Positions 40,951-50,796 of a stretch of DNA of 64,000 bases are shown piece by piece. The position numbers and the translations under genes were made by a program. Under the pieces are notes generated by a model. It was not told where the DNA came from, did not search any database, and was given only the letters and a program-made list of their open reading frames with translations. Numbering within the stretch: position 1 is the stretch's first letter; the number at the start of each line of letters is the position of its first letter. The DNA is from Lachnospiraceae bacterium (lineage in GTDB: Bacteria > Bacillota > Clostridia > Lachnospirales > Lachnospiraceae): contig JAFUTQ010000066.1 of NCBI GenBank assembly GCA_017484135.1, positions 754-64,753 on the forward strand, given 5' to 3'.

Positions 40951-42140
40951 AAGGGAAACATATTTTGCTGGGAGTGACCGGAGGAATCGCAGCCTACAAG
41001 ACGGCATCGCTGGCAAGCATGCTGACGAAGCTGCACGCAGACGTGCATGTGATCATGACAAAAAACGCAGAAGAATTTATCTCGCCCATCACCTTTGAGA
41101 CGCTGACCTCCAATAAGGTGATCGATGATACCTTTGACCGGGACACCGGCTATCATGTGGCGCATATTGCCATGGCGGAGGAGGCGGATGTGGTGATGAT
41201 TGCCCCTGCCTCTGCCAATGTGATTGCAAAGCTGGCACACGGCATCGCGGATGATATGCTTACGTCCACGCTGCTGGCCTGCACGGCCCCGGTCTGGGTG
41301 GCTCCGTCCATGAATACACATATGTATGAAAACCCCGCCACACAGGACAATCTCAAAAGGCTGACAGACTATGGCTGCAAGATCATTGAACCGGCCACCG
41401 GATATCTGGCCTGTGGCTATGAGGGCAAGGGAAAGATGCCTGAGCCGGAGGTTTTGCTGGAATACATTCTGCAGGAGGCGGCTTGCAGGAAGGATATGAC
41501 CGGCAAACGGGTCATGATTACCGCAGGGCCTACCAGAGAGCCCATAGATCCGGTGCGCTATATCACAAACTACTCTACCGGAAAGATGGGATATGCACTG
41601 GCGAAGCAGGCGGCGCGGCGCGGCGCACAGGTTACGCTGATTACCGGCCCTGTGACATTGCAAAGACCCTTGTTTGCGGACGTGATCGAGGTGGAGACGG
41701 CAGAGCAGATGTATCAGGCAGTGCAGCGCACCTTTGAGGAGCAGGATATCGTGGTGATGTCGGCAGCGGTTGCAGATTATCGTCCGGCGCATGTGGCGGA
41801 GGAGAAGGTAAAGAAAACAGAAGGGGATGCGTGCATCGCCTTGGAACGCACTACAGATATTCTCGCAAGCATGGCGGAACGAAAAAAGCATCAGTTTGTG
41901 TGCGGCTTCTCGATGGAGACACAGAACATGGTGGAAAATTCCAGAGCCAAGCTGGAGAAAAAGAAGCTGGATATGATCGTTGCAAACAATCTCAAGATAG
42001 AGGGAGCCGGATTCGGCACAGACACCAATGTGGTAACCATACTTACGCCGGATGAGACGGAGGAGCTTCCCATCATGACAAAGGATGAGGTGGCGGCAGC
42101 TGTCTTTGACCGGATACTTCGGCGGGTACAGGTGCTGTGA
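40944..42140 (+). CDS. coaBC: Bifunctional phosphopantothenoylcysteine decarboxylase/synthase
   Basis: GVTGGIAAYK, APASAN, PSMN..M, TAGPT.E.IDPVRYITN.STGKMG, AAVADY. Confidence 0.97.
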   Translation: MLKGKHILLGVTGGIAAYKTASLASMLTKLHADVHVIMTKNAEEFISPITFETLTSNKVIDDTFDRDTGYHVAHIAMAEEADVVMIAPASANVIAKLAHGIADDMLTSTLLACTAPVWVAPSMNTHMYENPATQDNLKRLTDYGCKIIEPATGYLACGYEGKGKMPEPEVLLEYILQEAACRKDMTGKRVMITAGPTREPIDPVRYITNYSTGKMGYALAKQAARRGAQVTLITGPVTLQRPLFADVIEVETAEQMYQAVQRTFEEQDIVVMSAAVADYRPAHVAEEKVKKTEGDACIALERTTDILASMAERKKHQFVCGFSMETQNMVENSRAKLEKKKLDMIVANNLKIEGAGFGTDTNVVTILTPDETEELPIMTKDEVAAAVFDRILRRVQVL

Positions 42141-42376
42141 TGCCGGAAATCGGCAGAAATCGGTTTTGGTGTCATCGATTACCCTCCTGTGATTTGAATA
42201 AAATGTATACTTGAAAAATGCGGCGAATCGCCAATGAAATTCTGTTAATCTTTCTTAAATTTTGTTAATAGTTTTAGAGTTTTATCATGATATACAAAAC
42301 TTTTCCATGTAATGCTTTGAAGGATCATGTGAACCTTTTGCCCCTCAAATCATATAATGGTTCTAAAAGATCATAA

Positions 42377-43663
42377 ATGGATGCAGGAGCAGTGATTTTG
42401 AAGACATTATATGAAAATGACCGTGGAGCATATGTTTCCTATGTACAGCTGGCACTTGACCGGGCAGGGTATGATCTGGCGGTGGATGGGATTTTCGGGC
42501 AGCAGACCTGCAATGCGCTGCGCAGATTTTTAGGGACAGAGAATTGTACGGTGGATGATGCGGCATGGCAAAAGCTGGCTCCTTATCTGAAGGGCTACAC
42601 TCTTCACACGGTGGAAGCCGGGGATACGTTCTTTCGTCTGCTTGATCAATATTCCACGACCCTGACGGCGCTGCAGCAGGCAAATCCCGGGGTAAATGCC
42701 ATGCAGCCGGAGGCAGGCACCGAGCTGGTGATTCCGTTCCGTTTTGATGTGGTTGCCACCAATGTGCCATACTCCTACGAGTTGATGGAATGGATCCTGG
42801 AGGGGCTTCGCGTCCGATATCCCTTTGTGGAGCAGGAAACGATCGGACAGTCCATCATGGGAAAAAATATTCCCTGCGTCAAAATCGGAAGCGGGGAAAA
42901 ACGGCTGTCCTACAATGCTTCCTTTCACGCCAATGAGTGGATCTGCACGCCGCTGTTATTAAAATTTGCGGAGGATTACCTGAAGGCCTATTCCGCTGGC
43001 GGCAGGCTGGGACTGGTGCCGGCGAGGGAACTCTATGATTCCTGTACGCTCTGTCTGATCCCCATGGTAAATCCGGACGGTGTGGATCTGGTGACAGGCA
43101 CACTGGACGATCCCGCATATCGAAGGGCTGCAGAGGAAATCGCATCAGCATATCCTGAGATACCCTTTCCCGACGGCTGGAAGGCAAATATTGCAGGGGT
43201 CGATCTGAACCTGCAGTTTCCGGCAGGGTGGGAGCAGGCCCGCGAGATCAAGTATGCACTGGGATTTACCGCACCCGCACCCAGAGATTATGTGGGGGAT
43301 GCGCCCCTGTCTGCGCCGGAGAGCCGGGCAATGTACGAGTACACCATGGCAAACGATTTCTCACTGATTCTCGCCTATCACACCCAGGGCGAAGTGATTT
43401 ATTGGAAATATCTGGATTACGAACCGGCGGGAGCTCTGGAGCTGGGACAGTATTTCAGCAGAGTGAGTGGCTATGCGTTGGAGGTAACACCGTTGGTGTC
43501 GGGCTATGCAGGCTATAAAGACTGGTTTATCATGCAGTACAACCGCCCCGGCTATACGATTGAGGCAGGCAGAGGAACCAATCCCCTGCCCCTGTCACAG
43601 TTTGATGAGATGTATGAGGATAATTTTGGAATATGGATAGGGGCAATGTTCTTTGACCTGTGA
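42377..43663 (+). CDS. M14 gamma-D-glutamyl-meso-diaminopimelate peptidase with PG-binding and LysM domains
   Basis: VDGIFG..T (PG-binding), HTVEAGDT..NPG (LysM), HANE, NPDG, GVDLN..FPA.W, AYHTQG, TIEAG. Confidence 0.88.
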   Translation: MDAGAVILKTLYENDRGAYVSYVQLALDRAGYDLAVDGIFGQQTCNALRRFLGTENCTVDDAAWQKLAPYLKGYTLHTVEAGDTFFRLLDQYSTTLTALQQANPGVNAMQPEAGTELVIPFRFDVVATNVPYSYELMEWILEGLRVRYPFVEQETIGQSIMGKNIPCVKIGSGEKRLSYNASFHANEWICTPLLLKFAEDYLKAYSAGGRLGLVPARELYDSCTLCLIPMVNPDGVDLVTGTLDDPAYRRAAEEIASAYPEIPFPDGWKANIAGVDLNLQFPAGWEQAREIKYALGFTAPAPRDYVGDAPLSAPESRAMYEYTMANDFSLILAYHTQGEVIYWKYLDYEPAGALELGQYFSRVSGYALEVTPLVSGYAGYKDWFIMQYNRPGYTIEAGRGTNPLPLSQFDEMYEDNFGIWIGAMFFDL

Positions 43664-43674
43664 AACAGCTGCAG

Positions 43675-43884
43675 GGGATGATTTGTCCGCAGAAGGCGGC
43701 TACAGGATTTGAGGGGGAAAGGGTTCACATCGTGAAACGATGTGAACCTCTTGCGCAAGAAATCTCCGGGGGGAAAGCCAGCTTTCCCCCCGGAGATTTT
43801 TGTGCAAGGAGTCAATGCCGACTACGTCGGCATGACCCGTTCCCCCTCAAATCCCGCAGCCGCCTCCTGCGGTCAAATCATCCC
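43675..43884 (+). repeat. Four-way-junction palindromic element, copy D (longest outer stem)
   Basis: ~50-bp imperfect outer stem, CACATCGTGAAACGATGTG, central GGGGGGAAAGC-CA-GCTTTCCCCCC hairpin, ATGCCGACTACGTCGGCAT. Confidence 0.88.
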
Positions 43885-43983
43885 TTCCGATTGCTCCCTT
43901 TACAAAGCACAAAACCCAAGATATAATTGTACCATAGCTGTTCAGAACAATGGTTTCAAACAGTTAAAAAAGGAGAACTTTCA

Positions 43984-46680
43984 ATGGAACGCACATCAGA
44001 AAAAAAGATCTGCATCGGTCTTCTGGCTCACGTGGATGCCGGAAAAACCACCCTCTCCGAGGCACTTTTGTATCAGAGCGGAGCAATCAGAACGCAGGGG
44101 CGTGTGGATAACCGGGATGCGTTTCTGGACACCAATGAGATGGAGCGGGAGCGCGGCATTACCATCTTTTCCAAGCAGGCAGTGTTTGCCGTGGGAGATA
44201 CGGACTTTACGCTTTTGGATACCCCCGGACATGTGGATTTTTCGTCCGAGATGGAGCGGACGCTTCAGATTCTGGATTATGCCATTCTGGTAATCAGCGG
44301 GGTGGACGGGGTGCAGGGGCATACCCGAACCCTTTGGCGCTTATTGAAAAAATATCGGATTCCGGTATTTTTATTTGTAAATAAAATGGATCGGGAAGGC
44401 ACGGATCGGGCGGCACTGATGGAAAAGCTGCGAAAAACCTTCAGTGACGCTTGTGTGGAATTTTCCGCAGACAGAAAAGAGACTGCTTCAGAGGAGGCTG
44501 CCCTGTGCGGCGAGGAAGCGATGGAGCAGTTTCTGGAGCAGGGAAGCATCGACCCGGAGCTTTTACGTGCGCTGATTGCAAAGCGGCAGCTGTTTCCCTG
44601 CTATTTTGGCTCTGCGTTGAAGCTCGAAGGAATCGATACATTTTTAAGTGGATTGCAGGAATACACGAAAAGCAGGGATTACGGCGAGGAATTCGGAGCG
44701 AGGGTGTTTAAAATCTCCAGAGATGAACAGGGAAACCGCCTGACCTGGCTTCGGATCACCGGCGGAGCACTCCCGGTTCGAAGTACTTTGCAGGGAAGCA
44801 AAGATGGCGTGGAGTGGGAGGAAAAGATAAATCAGATCCGGATCTACTCGGGATCAAAATACGAAGCGGTCAGTGAGGCACGCGCGGGAGAGGTGTGTGC
44901 AGTCACGGGACTTACACAGACCTGTGCCGGAGCGGGCTTTGGCGTGGAGCAGGAAGGAGAGCTGCCGCTTTTGTCTCCGGTGCTTACCTATGAGCTGCTC
45001 CTGCCGGAGGGCGTGGACGCGGCACAGATGTTGCCCAAATGCAGACTGCTGGAGGAGGAGGATCCTCAGCTGCAGGTGGTGTGGGAGGAGGAGCATCGCT
45101 CCATTCAGCTGCATCTGATGGGAGAGGTGCAGACGGAGATCTTAAAACGCGTGATCCGGGAGCGGTTTGGTGTGGAGGTTTCCTTTGGCCCGGGGCGGAT
45201 TGTATATAAGGAGACGATCGCGGAAGCGGTGGAGGGCGTAGGACATTTTGAGCCGCTGCGGCATTATGCAGAGGTACATCTTCTGCTGGAGCCCGGAGAA
45301 CCCGGGAGCGGAATCACGCTGAAAGCCGACTGCAGTGAGGATATTCTTTCCAGAAACTGGCAGCATCTGATTCTGACGCATCTTGCAGAGCGCACCCACC
45401 GGGGCGTGCTAACCGGAGCAGCCCTGACCGATGTGAAGATTACACTGGTAAGCGGGCGGGCACATCGAACGCACACGGAGGGCGGTGATTTCCGGCAGGC
45501 CACCTACCGGGCCGTGCGACAGGGACTCATGAAGGCAAAAAGTATCCTGTTAGAGCCGTTCTATCGTTTCTGTCTGGAGGTGCCTGCGGACATGATCGGC
45601 AGGGCAATGACGGATATGAAACAGCGCAATGGACAGCTGGATGCGCCCCTGACAGAAGGAGATACGGCGGTTCTTACCGGAACGGTGCCGGTGGCTGCGA
45701 TGCAGGAGTATCAGAAGGAGCTGCACGCATATACAAAAGGACGAGGAAGAATGGCGCTTGTTTTGCAGGGCTATGGCCCCTGTCACAATCAGGAGGAGCT
45801 TGTGGCAGCCGCGGGGTATGAGCCGGAGCACGACGAAAGCAACACAGCGGATTCGGTGTTCTGCATTCAGGGGGAGAGCCGGATTGTGCCATGGTACGAG
45901 GTGGAATCCCGCATGCATCTGCCGGGATATTTTGCGGAAACGGACTCCCTCACAGCGCAGAGTGTAAGGCTGCCGACGGATCCGCCGGAAAAACCGGAGG
46001 AATGGATCGGAACAGAGGAAATCGATGCGATTCTGGACAGAGCCTACGGGGCAAACCGTCGGGATAAAGGAGTCCTCCGCAAGGGCTCGCAGCATCGTTA
46101 TGCCGCGCAACAGTCAGCAGTCAGCAGAATCTACCGGGGCAAGGCATTGCCGCAGGAGGAGTATCTTCTGGTGGACGGATACAATGTGATCTTTGCATGG
46201 GAGGAATTAAAGGCGCTGGCGGAGGAGAACCTTGCCGCGGCGCGGGACCGGCTGATGGATATTCTTTGCGATTATCAGGGCATACGCGGGTGTGAGCTGA
46301 TCGTTGTGTTTGATGCATACCGGGTCGAGGGACAGCGGACGGAAGTCTTTGACTATCACAGAATCCATGTGGTATATACAAAAGAGGCGGAGACCGCCGA
46401 TCAGTATATCGAAAAATTTGCCCATGACAACGCCAAAAAATACCGGATTACCGTTGCCACTTCCGACGGACTGGAGCAGCTCATCATCCGGGGCGCAGGC
46501 TGCGGTCTGATTTCCTCCCGGGAGCTGGAGGAAGAGATCAAATGTGCACGGCAGCAGCTTCAGGAACAGTATCGAGAAGAAAATCGGCGGAAACAGGGAG
46601 AGAAGCGATACCTGTTGTCCGGGGAGGAGCTTTTGCAGGTTCAAAAAAAGCTGGAGACAGATCCGGCGGATCATTCATAA
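43984..46680 (+). CDS. TetM/EF-G-like translational GTPase fused to C-terminal NYN (YacP/Rae1-like) domain
   Basis: [27 protein letters not shown]-terminal YLLVDGYNVI..W, VVFDAY, ETAD.YIE, VATSD. Confidence 0.88.
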   Translation: MERTSEKKICIGLLAHVDAGKTTLSEALLYQSGAIRTQGRVDNRDAFLDTNEMERERGITIFSKQAVFAVGDTDFTLLDTPGHVDFSSEMERTLQILDYAILVISGVDGVQGHTRTLWRLLKKYRIPVFLFVNKMDREGTDRAALMEKLRKTFSDACVEFSADRKETASEEAALCGEEAMEQFLEQGSIDPELLRALIAKRQLFPCYFGSALKLEGIDTFLSGLQEYTKSRDYGEEFGARVFKISRDEQGNRLTWLRITGGALPVRSTLQGSKDGVEWEEKINQIRIYSGSKYEAVSEARAGEVCAVTGLTQTCAGAGFGVEQEGELPLLSPVLTYELLLPEGVDAAQMLPKCRLLEEEDPQLQVVWEEEHRSIQLHLMGEVQTEILKRVIRERFGVEVSFGPGRIVYKETIAEAVEGVGHFEPLRHYAEVHLLLEPGEPGSGITLKADCSEDILSRNWQHLILTHLAERTHRGVLTGAALTDVKITLVSGRAHRTHTEGGDFRQATYRAVRQGLMKAKSILLEPFYRFCLEVPADMIGRAMTDMKQRNGQLDAPLTEGDTAVLTGTVPVAAMQEYQKELHAYTKGRGRMALVLQGYGPCHNQEELVAAAGYEPEHDESNTADSVFCIQGESRIVPWYEVESRMHLPGYFAETDSLTAQSVRLPTDPPEKPEEWIGTEEIDAILDRAYGANRRDKGVLRKGSQHRYAAQQSAVSRIYRGKALPQEEYLLVDGYNVIFAWEELKALAEENLAAARDRLMDILCDYQGIRGCELIVVFDAYRVEGQRTEVFDYHRIHVVYTKEAETADQYIEKFAHDNAKKYRITVATSDGLEQLIIRGAGCGLISSRELEEEIKCARQQLQEQYREENRRKQGEKRYLLSGEELLQVQKKLETDPADHS

Positions 46681-46699
46681 AGAAAGGAAACAAACGATT

Positions 46700-47566
46700 A
46701 TGGAACAAAGAATTTCAGGACACACAGGGCTGCTGGCATTGATCGGATCTCCGGTGGGACATTCCGGCTCCCCGGCGATGTACAATTACAGCTTTGAAAG
46801 GCTGGGACTTGACTATGCCTATGTGGCATTTGACATACAGGTAGAGGAGGTAAAGGCTGCACTCGATGCTATGAAGCTGTTTCGGATGCGGGGCATGAAT
46901 GTTACCATGCCATGCAAAATGGAAGCGGCAAAACATGTGGACGAATTGTCACCGGCAGCCCGGATCATCGGCGCGGTCAACACCATTGTCAATGACGACG
47001 GCAGGCTGATCGGCCATATCACAGACGGAGAGGGCTTTGTCAACAATCTGAGGGATCACGGCATTGAGGTCAAAGGGAAAAAGCTTACGGTTGCAGGCGG
47101 CGGCGGGGCAGCTACCGCGATTCAGGTGCAGTGCGCGCTGGACGGTGCCCGGGAGATTTCGATCTTTAATATCAAGGATGACTTTTTCCCGCGCACCCTT
47201 GAGACCGCGGAGAAAATCCGGGCAGAGGTGCCGGATATTACCGTAAATGTCTATGATATTGCGGATACGGACAAAATGACAGAGGAGATTCAGTCCTCCG
47301 ATATTTTTGTCAATGCGACGATTGTGGGAATGAAGCCCATGGACGGGGAAAGCGTCGTAAAGGATTTGTCTGCGTTTCGTCCGGGACTCGTGGTGGCAGA
47401 TGTGGTTTACAACCCGGAGGAGACCAGACTGCTGCGGGAGGCAAAGGAAGCGGGCTGCATTTGTATCGGCGGCAAGGGGATGCTGCTGTGGCAGGGCGTG
47501 GCGGCTTTTCGGTTGTATACCGGACAGGATATGCCGGTAGAGGAAGTGAAGGAGCGGTATTTTTGA
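46700..47566 (+). CDS. aroE: Shikimate/quinate dehydrogenase (AroE/YdiB-like)
   Basis: IGSPVGHSGSP, NVTMPCK, GAVNT, TDG.G, NAT.VGM, G.GMLLWQG. Confidence 0.88.
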   Translation: MEQRISGHTGLLALIGSPVGHSGSPAMYNYSFERLGLDYAYVAFDIQVEEVKAALDAMKLFRMRGMNVTMPCKMEAAKHVDELSPAARIIGAVNTIVNDDGRLIGHITDGEGFVNNLRDHGIEVKGKKLTVAGGGGAATAIQVQCALDGAREISIFNIKDDFFPRTLETAEKIRAEVPDITVNVYDIADTDKMTEEIQSSDIFVNATIVGMKPMDGESVVKDLSAFRPGLVVADVVYNPEETRLLREAKEAGCICIGGKGMLLWQGVAAFRLYTGQDMPVEEVKERYF

Positions 47567-48327
47567 TGGAGTACATAGTAGAGGTTCGAGGAGTTTCGAT
47601 CGGTACGGGAATACCGAAAATCTGTGTGCCGATTGTGGGCAGGACAAGGGATGAGGTGTACAGCGCTGCGAAGGATTTGCTCACAGTGCCCTGTGACATC
47701 GTGGAATGGCGCGTGGACTGGTATGAGGACGTGCATGTTTTTTCCAAAGTAAGAGAGACGCTGGAAGCCCTCCGGGAAATTCTCGGAGAGAAACCGATTC
47801 TGTTTACCTTCCGAAGCAAAGCCGAGGGCGGGGAAGGAGAACCGGAGCGGGCAAATTACGGCATGCTCATAACGGAAGCGGCGCACACCGGTCTGGTAGA
47901 TCTGGTGGATGTGGAGATTTTTGCCGGAGACGAGGTGGTAAATAAGATCATCCGTTCGGTACACCAGACGAATGTGAAGGTCATCGCCTCAAACCATGAT
48001 TTTGAGAAGACACCGGAGCCGAAAGAGCTTATCCGGCGCATGAAAAAAATGCAGGAAATGGGTGCGGATATTTTAAAAATCGCGGTAATGCCAAACAGCA
48101 GGAAGGATGTCCTGACCCTGTTATTTGCCACTGAAGAAATGACCGGAAGGTATGCGAAGGCACCGGTAATTACAATGTCCATGGGCAGTATGGGGCAGAT
48201 CAGCCGTCTGTGCGGAGAGAGCTTTGGCTCCGCCATGACATTCGGCACCGCGGGCAGAGCCAGTGCACCGGGACAGATGGATGCCGGGGACTTATCTGCC
48301 GTGCTTAAGCTTTTGCATACGGTTTGA
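47566..48327 (+). CDS. aroD: Type I 3-dehydroquinate dehydratase
   Basis: PKICVPI, VEWRVD, FTFRSKAEGG, SNHDFEKTP, KIAVMP, SAPGQ. Confidence 0.94.
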   Translation: MEYIVEVRGVSIGTGIPKICVPIVGRTRDEVYSAAKDLLTVPCDIVEWRVDWYEDVHVFSKVRETLEALREILGEKPILFTFRSKAEGGEGEPERANYGMLITEAAHTGLVDLVDVEIFAGDEVVNKIIRSVHQTNVKVIASNHDFEKTPEPKELIRRMKKMQEMGADILKIAVMPNSRKDVLTLLFATEEMTGRYAKAPVITMSMGSMGQISRLCGESFGSAMTFGTAGRASAPGQMDAGDLSAVLKLLHTV

Positions 48328-48372
48328 TTTTGTTGTCATAGGCAAGCCGTTTCAATAAAGAAAGGAAAGAAC

Positions 48373-48897
48373 ATGGGTAATATTTATCTGATTGGATTTA
48401 TGGGTGTGGGAAAAAGCACGATTGCATATCATCTGGAGCGGATGCTGCACAGGGAATGCGCAGAGATGGATCGCCTGATTGTGGAAAAACAGGGAATGCC
48501 GATATCGGAGATTTTTGAAAAATACGGAGAGGAAGCGTTTCGGGATATTGAAACACAGCTGGTGCAGGAGCTTGGCAGAAAGGACGGGCTCATTGTATCC
48601 TGCGGAGGCGGGGCGGTGCTTCGTGACGAAAATACGAAAGACATGAAAGCACACGGAGTGATCGTCCTTTTGACAGCCACACCGGAGACGATTTATGAGC
48701 GTGTGAAAAAAAGCAAGGATCGTCCGATCTTAAACGGAAATATGAATGTGCAGTATATCCGGGAGTTGATGGAGAAACGGAGAACGCGCTACGAGGAGGT
48801 GGCGGATTTTGTCATACAGACAGACGGCAAAAATGTGACGGACATTTGCCGGGAGATTATCGCAGCATTGCAGCCTATACATAAGAGCAGTCATTGA
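48373..48897 (+). CDS. aroK: Shikimate kinase
   Basis: LIGFMGVGKST, GEEAFRDIE, SCGGG, RP.L. Confidence 0.94.
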   Translation: MGNIYLIGFMGVGKSTIAYHLERMLHRECAEMDRLIVEKQGMPISEIFEKYGEEAFRDIETQLVQELGRKDGLIVSCGGGAVLRDENTKDMKAHGVIVLLTATPETIYERVKKSKDRPILNGNMNVQYIRELMEKRRTRYEEVADFVIQTDGKNVTDICREIIAALQPIHKSSH

Positions 48898-48909
48898 TTT
48901 GTGAAAAAA

Positions 48910-48945
48910 CGCCTCGGTAAGTATTCTTACCGAGGCGATTTTTTT
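48910..48945 (+). terminator. Intrinsic terminator after aroK
   Basis: CGCCTCGGTAAG-TATT-CTTACCGAGGCG followed by a T run. Confidence 0.9.
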
Positions 48946-49016
48946 CAGTTTTTTTAAAAAAATGACAAAAAAGTAAAAAATTATACAAAAAAAATATAAA
49001 AAATGCATAAAAAGTA

Positions 49017-49045
49017 TTGCAAAAGATCGAAAAAGAGAATAAAAT
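49017..49045 (+). promoter_or_regulatory. SigA promoter preceded by A-tracts
   Basis: TTGCAA-17 nt-TAAAAT, with repeated A4-A8 tracts from 48956 to 49013. Confidence 0.65.
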
Positions 49046-49144
49046 TCATTGTGAAAGAGTCTATTTTTTGCAGCCGGTCTCTTTTTGTATGGGAAATATG
49101 GACAGGCTGTGTACGGCTGCTTGAAGCCACTGACGGAGGACAAT

Positions 49145-49792
49145 ATGATTGTATACGATAAAGGACAAATGGCTCCGTCCGTACAGGGAAAATATCCCAC
49201 GTTAGACAGCCTGTATAATACGATCCCAAGGGACACAAGAGAACACATGGAGCGGGTGGGGCGTAACAGCAACTATTTTTATCATGTGCTGTGTGAACGG
49301 TTTCCGGAGCAGATGCGGCAGGCGGTCAATCCGCAGTTTTCGGCAGTCAGTGAGGAGCTGTTCCGATACCACGATTTGGGCAGAGCGTACATACCGGATG
49401 AGATTTTGAACAAAGTCGGCAAACTGACGGATGAGGAGAGACAGACGATACAAAATCATACGATTTATGCAGCCAATGCAGTGGAATCCATCTATCAGTT
49501 TCCTTATCAGGGACAGCTTCTGCAGGATTATTTTGACATCGCCATGTGTCATCACGAAAAATATGACGGCACCGGATATCCCTTCGGCAAAAAGGGACAG
49601 GAGATTCCGTTGTTGGCCCGGGTCTGCGCACTGGCAGATGTGTTTGACGGAATTGTCAGCTGGAAGCCGTACAAGCCGAAGCAGACTACCGGAAAGCAGG
49701 CGGCGGACATTATCCGGTCGGAGGCAGGGAAACAGTTTGATCCACAGCTCGCGGAGATTTTTGCAGATATTATTCCGCGTTTGCCGGAGTGA
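49145..49792 (+). CDS. Stand-alone HD-GYP domain protein (putative cyclic dinucleotide phosphodiesterase)
   Basis: H..RV, YHDLG, IL.K.GKLT.EE...IQ.H, HHEKYDGTGYP, AD.FD. RBS GGAGG. Confidence 0.9.
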   Translation: MIVYDKGQMAPSVQGKYPTLDSLYNTIPRDTREHMERVGRNSNYFYHVLCERFPEQMRQAVNPQFSAVSEELFRYHDLGRAYIPDEILNKVGKLTDEERQTIQNHTIYAANAVESIYQFPYQGQLLQDYFDIAMCHHEKYDGTGYPFGKKGQEIPLLARVCALADVFDGIVSWKPYKPKQTTGKQAADIIRSEAGKQFDPQLAEIFADIIPRLPE

Positions 49793-49859
49793 CAGGGCAA
49801 TTCCGGAGCTCAAAAGTGCGTACGTACAACCGGTGAAACTATTGGAGAAGGAATGCAGC

Positions 49860-50729
49860 ATGAAGAAAGAGAAGCAAGAGCAGAAAAAGACGGAAGGCAG
49901 ACCGAAGAAAAAAGAAAAGCTGCCGAGAAAAAGTTTTCTCAGCAGATTTGACTGGCTGAACCGATTCCGGCATTGGTGGCTGGGGGCGGTGAGTATTCAC
50001 CGAAGTCTGTTTCGCGTGACAGCGGCATGGCAGACCCTGGGGATTCTGATTGCGATTCTCGTGGTGGGATACATCATGGCAGCAATTTATACCCAGTCCG
50101 GAGAATTTATCATCAGTCTGGATCGAAAAATGGCAGATGACGGATTTATTTTGTCAGAGACTACGGATTTTTCTCAGGAGTTGATTACGCTGTATGGCAC
50201 GGCAGTGGTGGAGGCGAACAATATCAGTATCTACGATATTGACCGCAATGTTATGAATGTGGATGGGGATCACAACGGTGTGGATTATGTGGCCTATACC
50301 TTCTATATAAAAAATAATACGGAGGAGATACATGATTACCATTATCAGCTGATGATCCGCGACAAATCCAAGGGTGTGGAAAATGCTGCGTGGGTCATGC
50401 TTTTTAAGGAGGGAGAACAGGGGATCTATGCCATGATCGGAGCAGATGGAGAACCGGAATCTCAGAAATCAGATGTAGAATTTCCGTTTATGGAATATGC
50501 CAGTGACGAGATGAAAGCGGCACAGGTGGAATCCAAAGACGGTGAGTATACGCTCACGACGATTCCGTTCGTGGCAAAGGATATGGTGTGCACCGGAATG
50601 CGTGAGGATATCGAGCCGGGAGAGTATGACAAATACACTGCAGTGATATGGGCGGAAGGCGAGGATCCGGAGTGTGTGGATGCAATTATAGGGGGATACA
50701 TTGAATTGACGATGAAGTTTATATATTAG
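49860..50729 (+). CDS. Membrane-anchored TasA/camelysin-like protein
   Basis: Basic N-terminus plus TM. YTFYIKN. C-terminal VIWAEGEDPEC...I.GG.I.L.MKF motif shared with the next gene. Confidence 0.65.
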   Translation: MKKEKQEQKKTEGRPKKKEKLPRKSFLSRFDWLNRFRHWWLGAVSIHRSLFRVTAAWQTLGILIAILVVGYIMAAIYTQSGEFIISLDRKMADDGFILSETTDFSQELITLYGTAVVEANNISIYDIDRNVMNVDGDHNGVDYVAYTFYIKNNTEEIHDYHYQLMIRDKSKGVENAAWVMLFKEGEQGIYAMIGADGEPESQKSDVEFPFMEYASDEMKAAQVESKDGEYTLTTIPFVAKDMVCTGMREDIEPGEYDKYTAVIWAEGEDPECVDAIIGGYIELTMKFIY

Positions 50730-50796
50730 GCGGTTACGGTTGGAACCGGGACAGTTACAGGAGCACCGGATTAGAAATGATAGAGAGGACAAACGT

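Noticed and set aside
42330-42358. Possible SigK promoter (AC-16 nt-CATATAAT) for the M14 peptidase
   Set aside because: Plausible for a sporulation peptidase, but the motif is too short and overlaps a repeat remnant, so it is not called as a feature.
43984-46680. Tetracycline resistance gene tetM/tetW
   Set aside because: It is much longer than true ribosomal protection proteins, carries an NYN fusion, and sits in a housekeeping context with no mobile element genes.
49030-49860. c-di-GMP-I or -II riboswitch near the HD-GYP gene
   Set aside because: Only fragmentary resemblance (TGTGAA...TGCAGCCGG; CAGGGCAA); the required core stems and motifs were not found.
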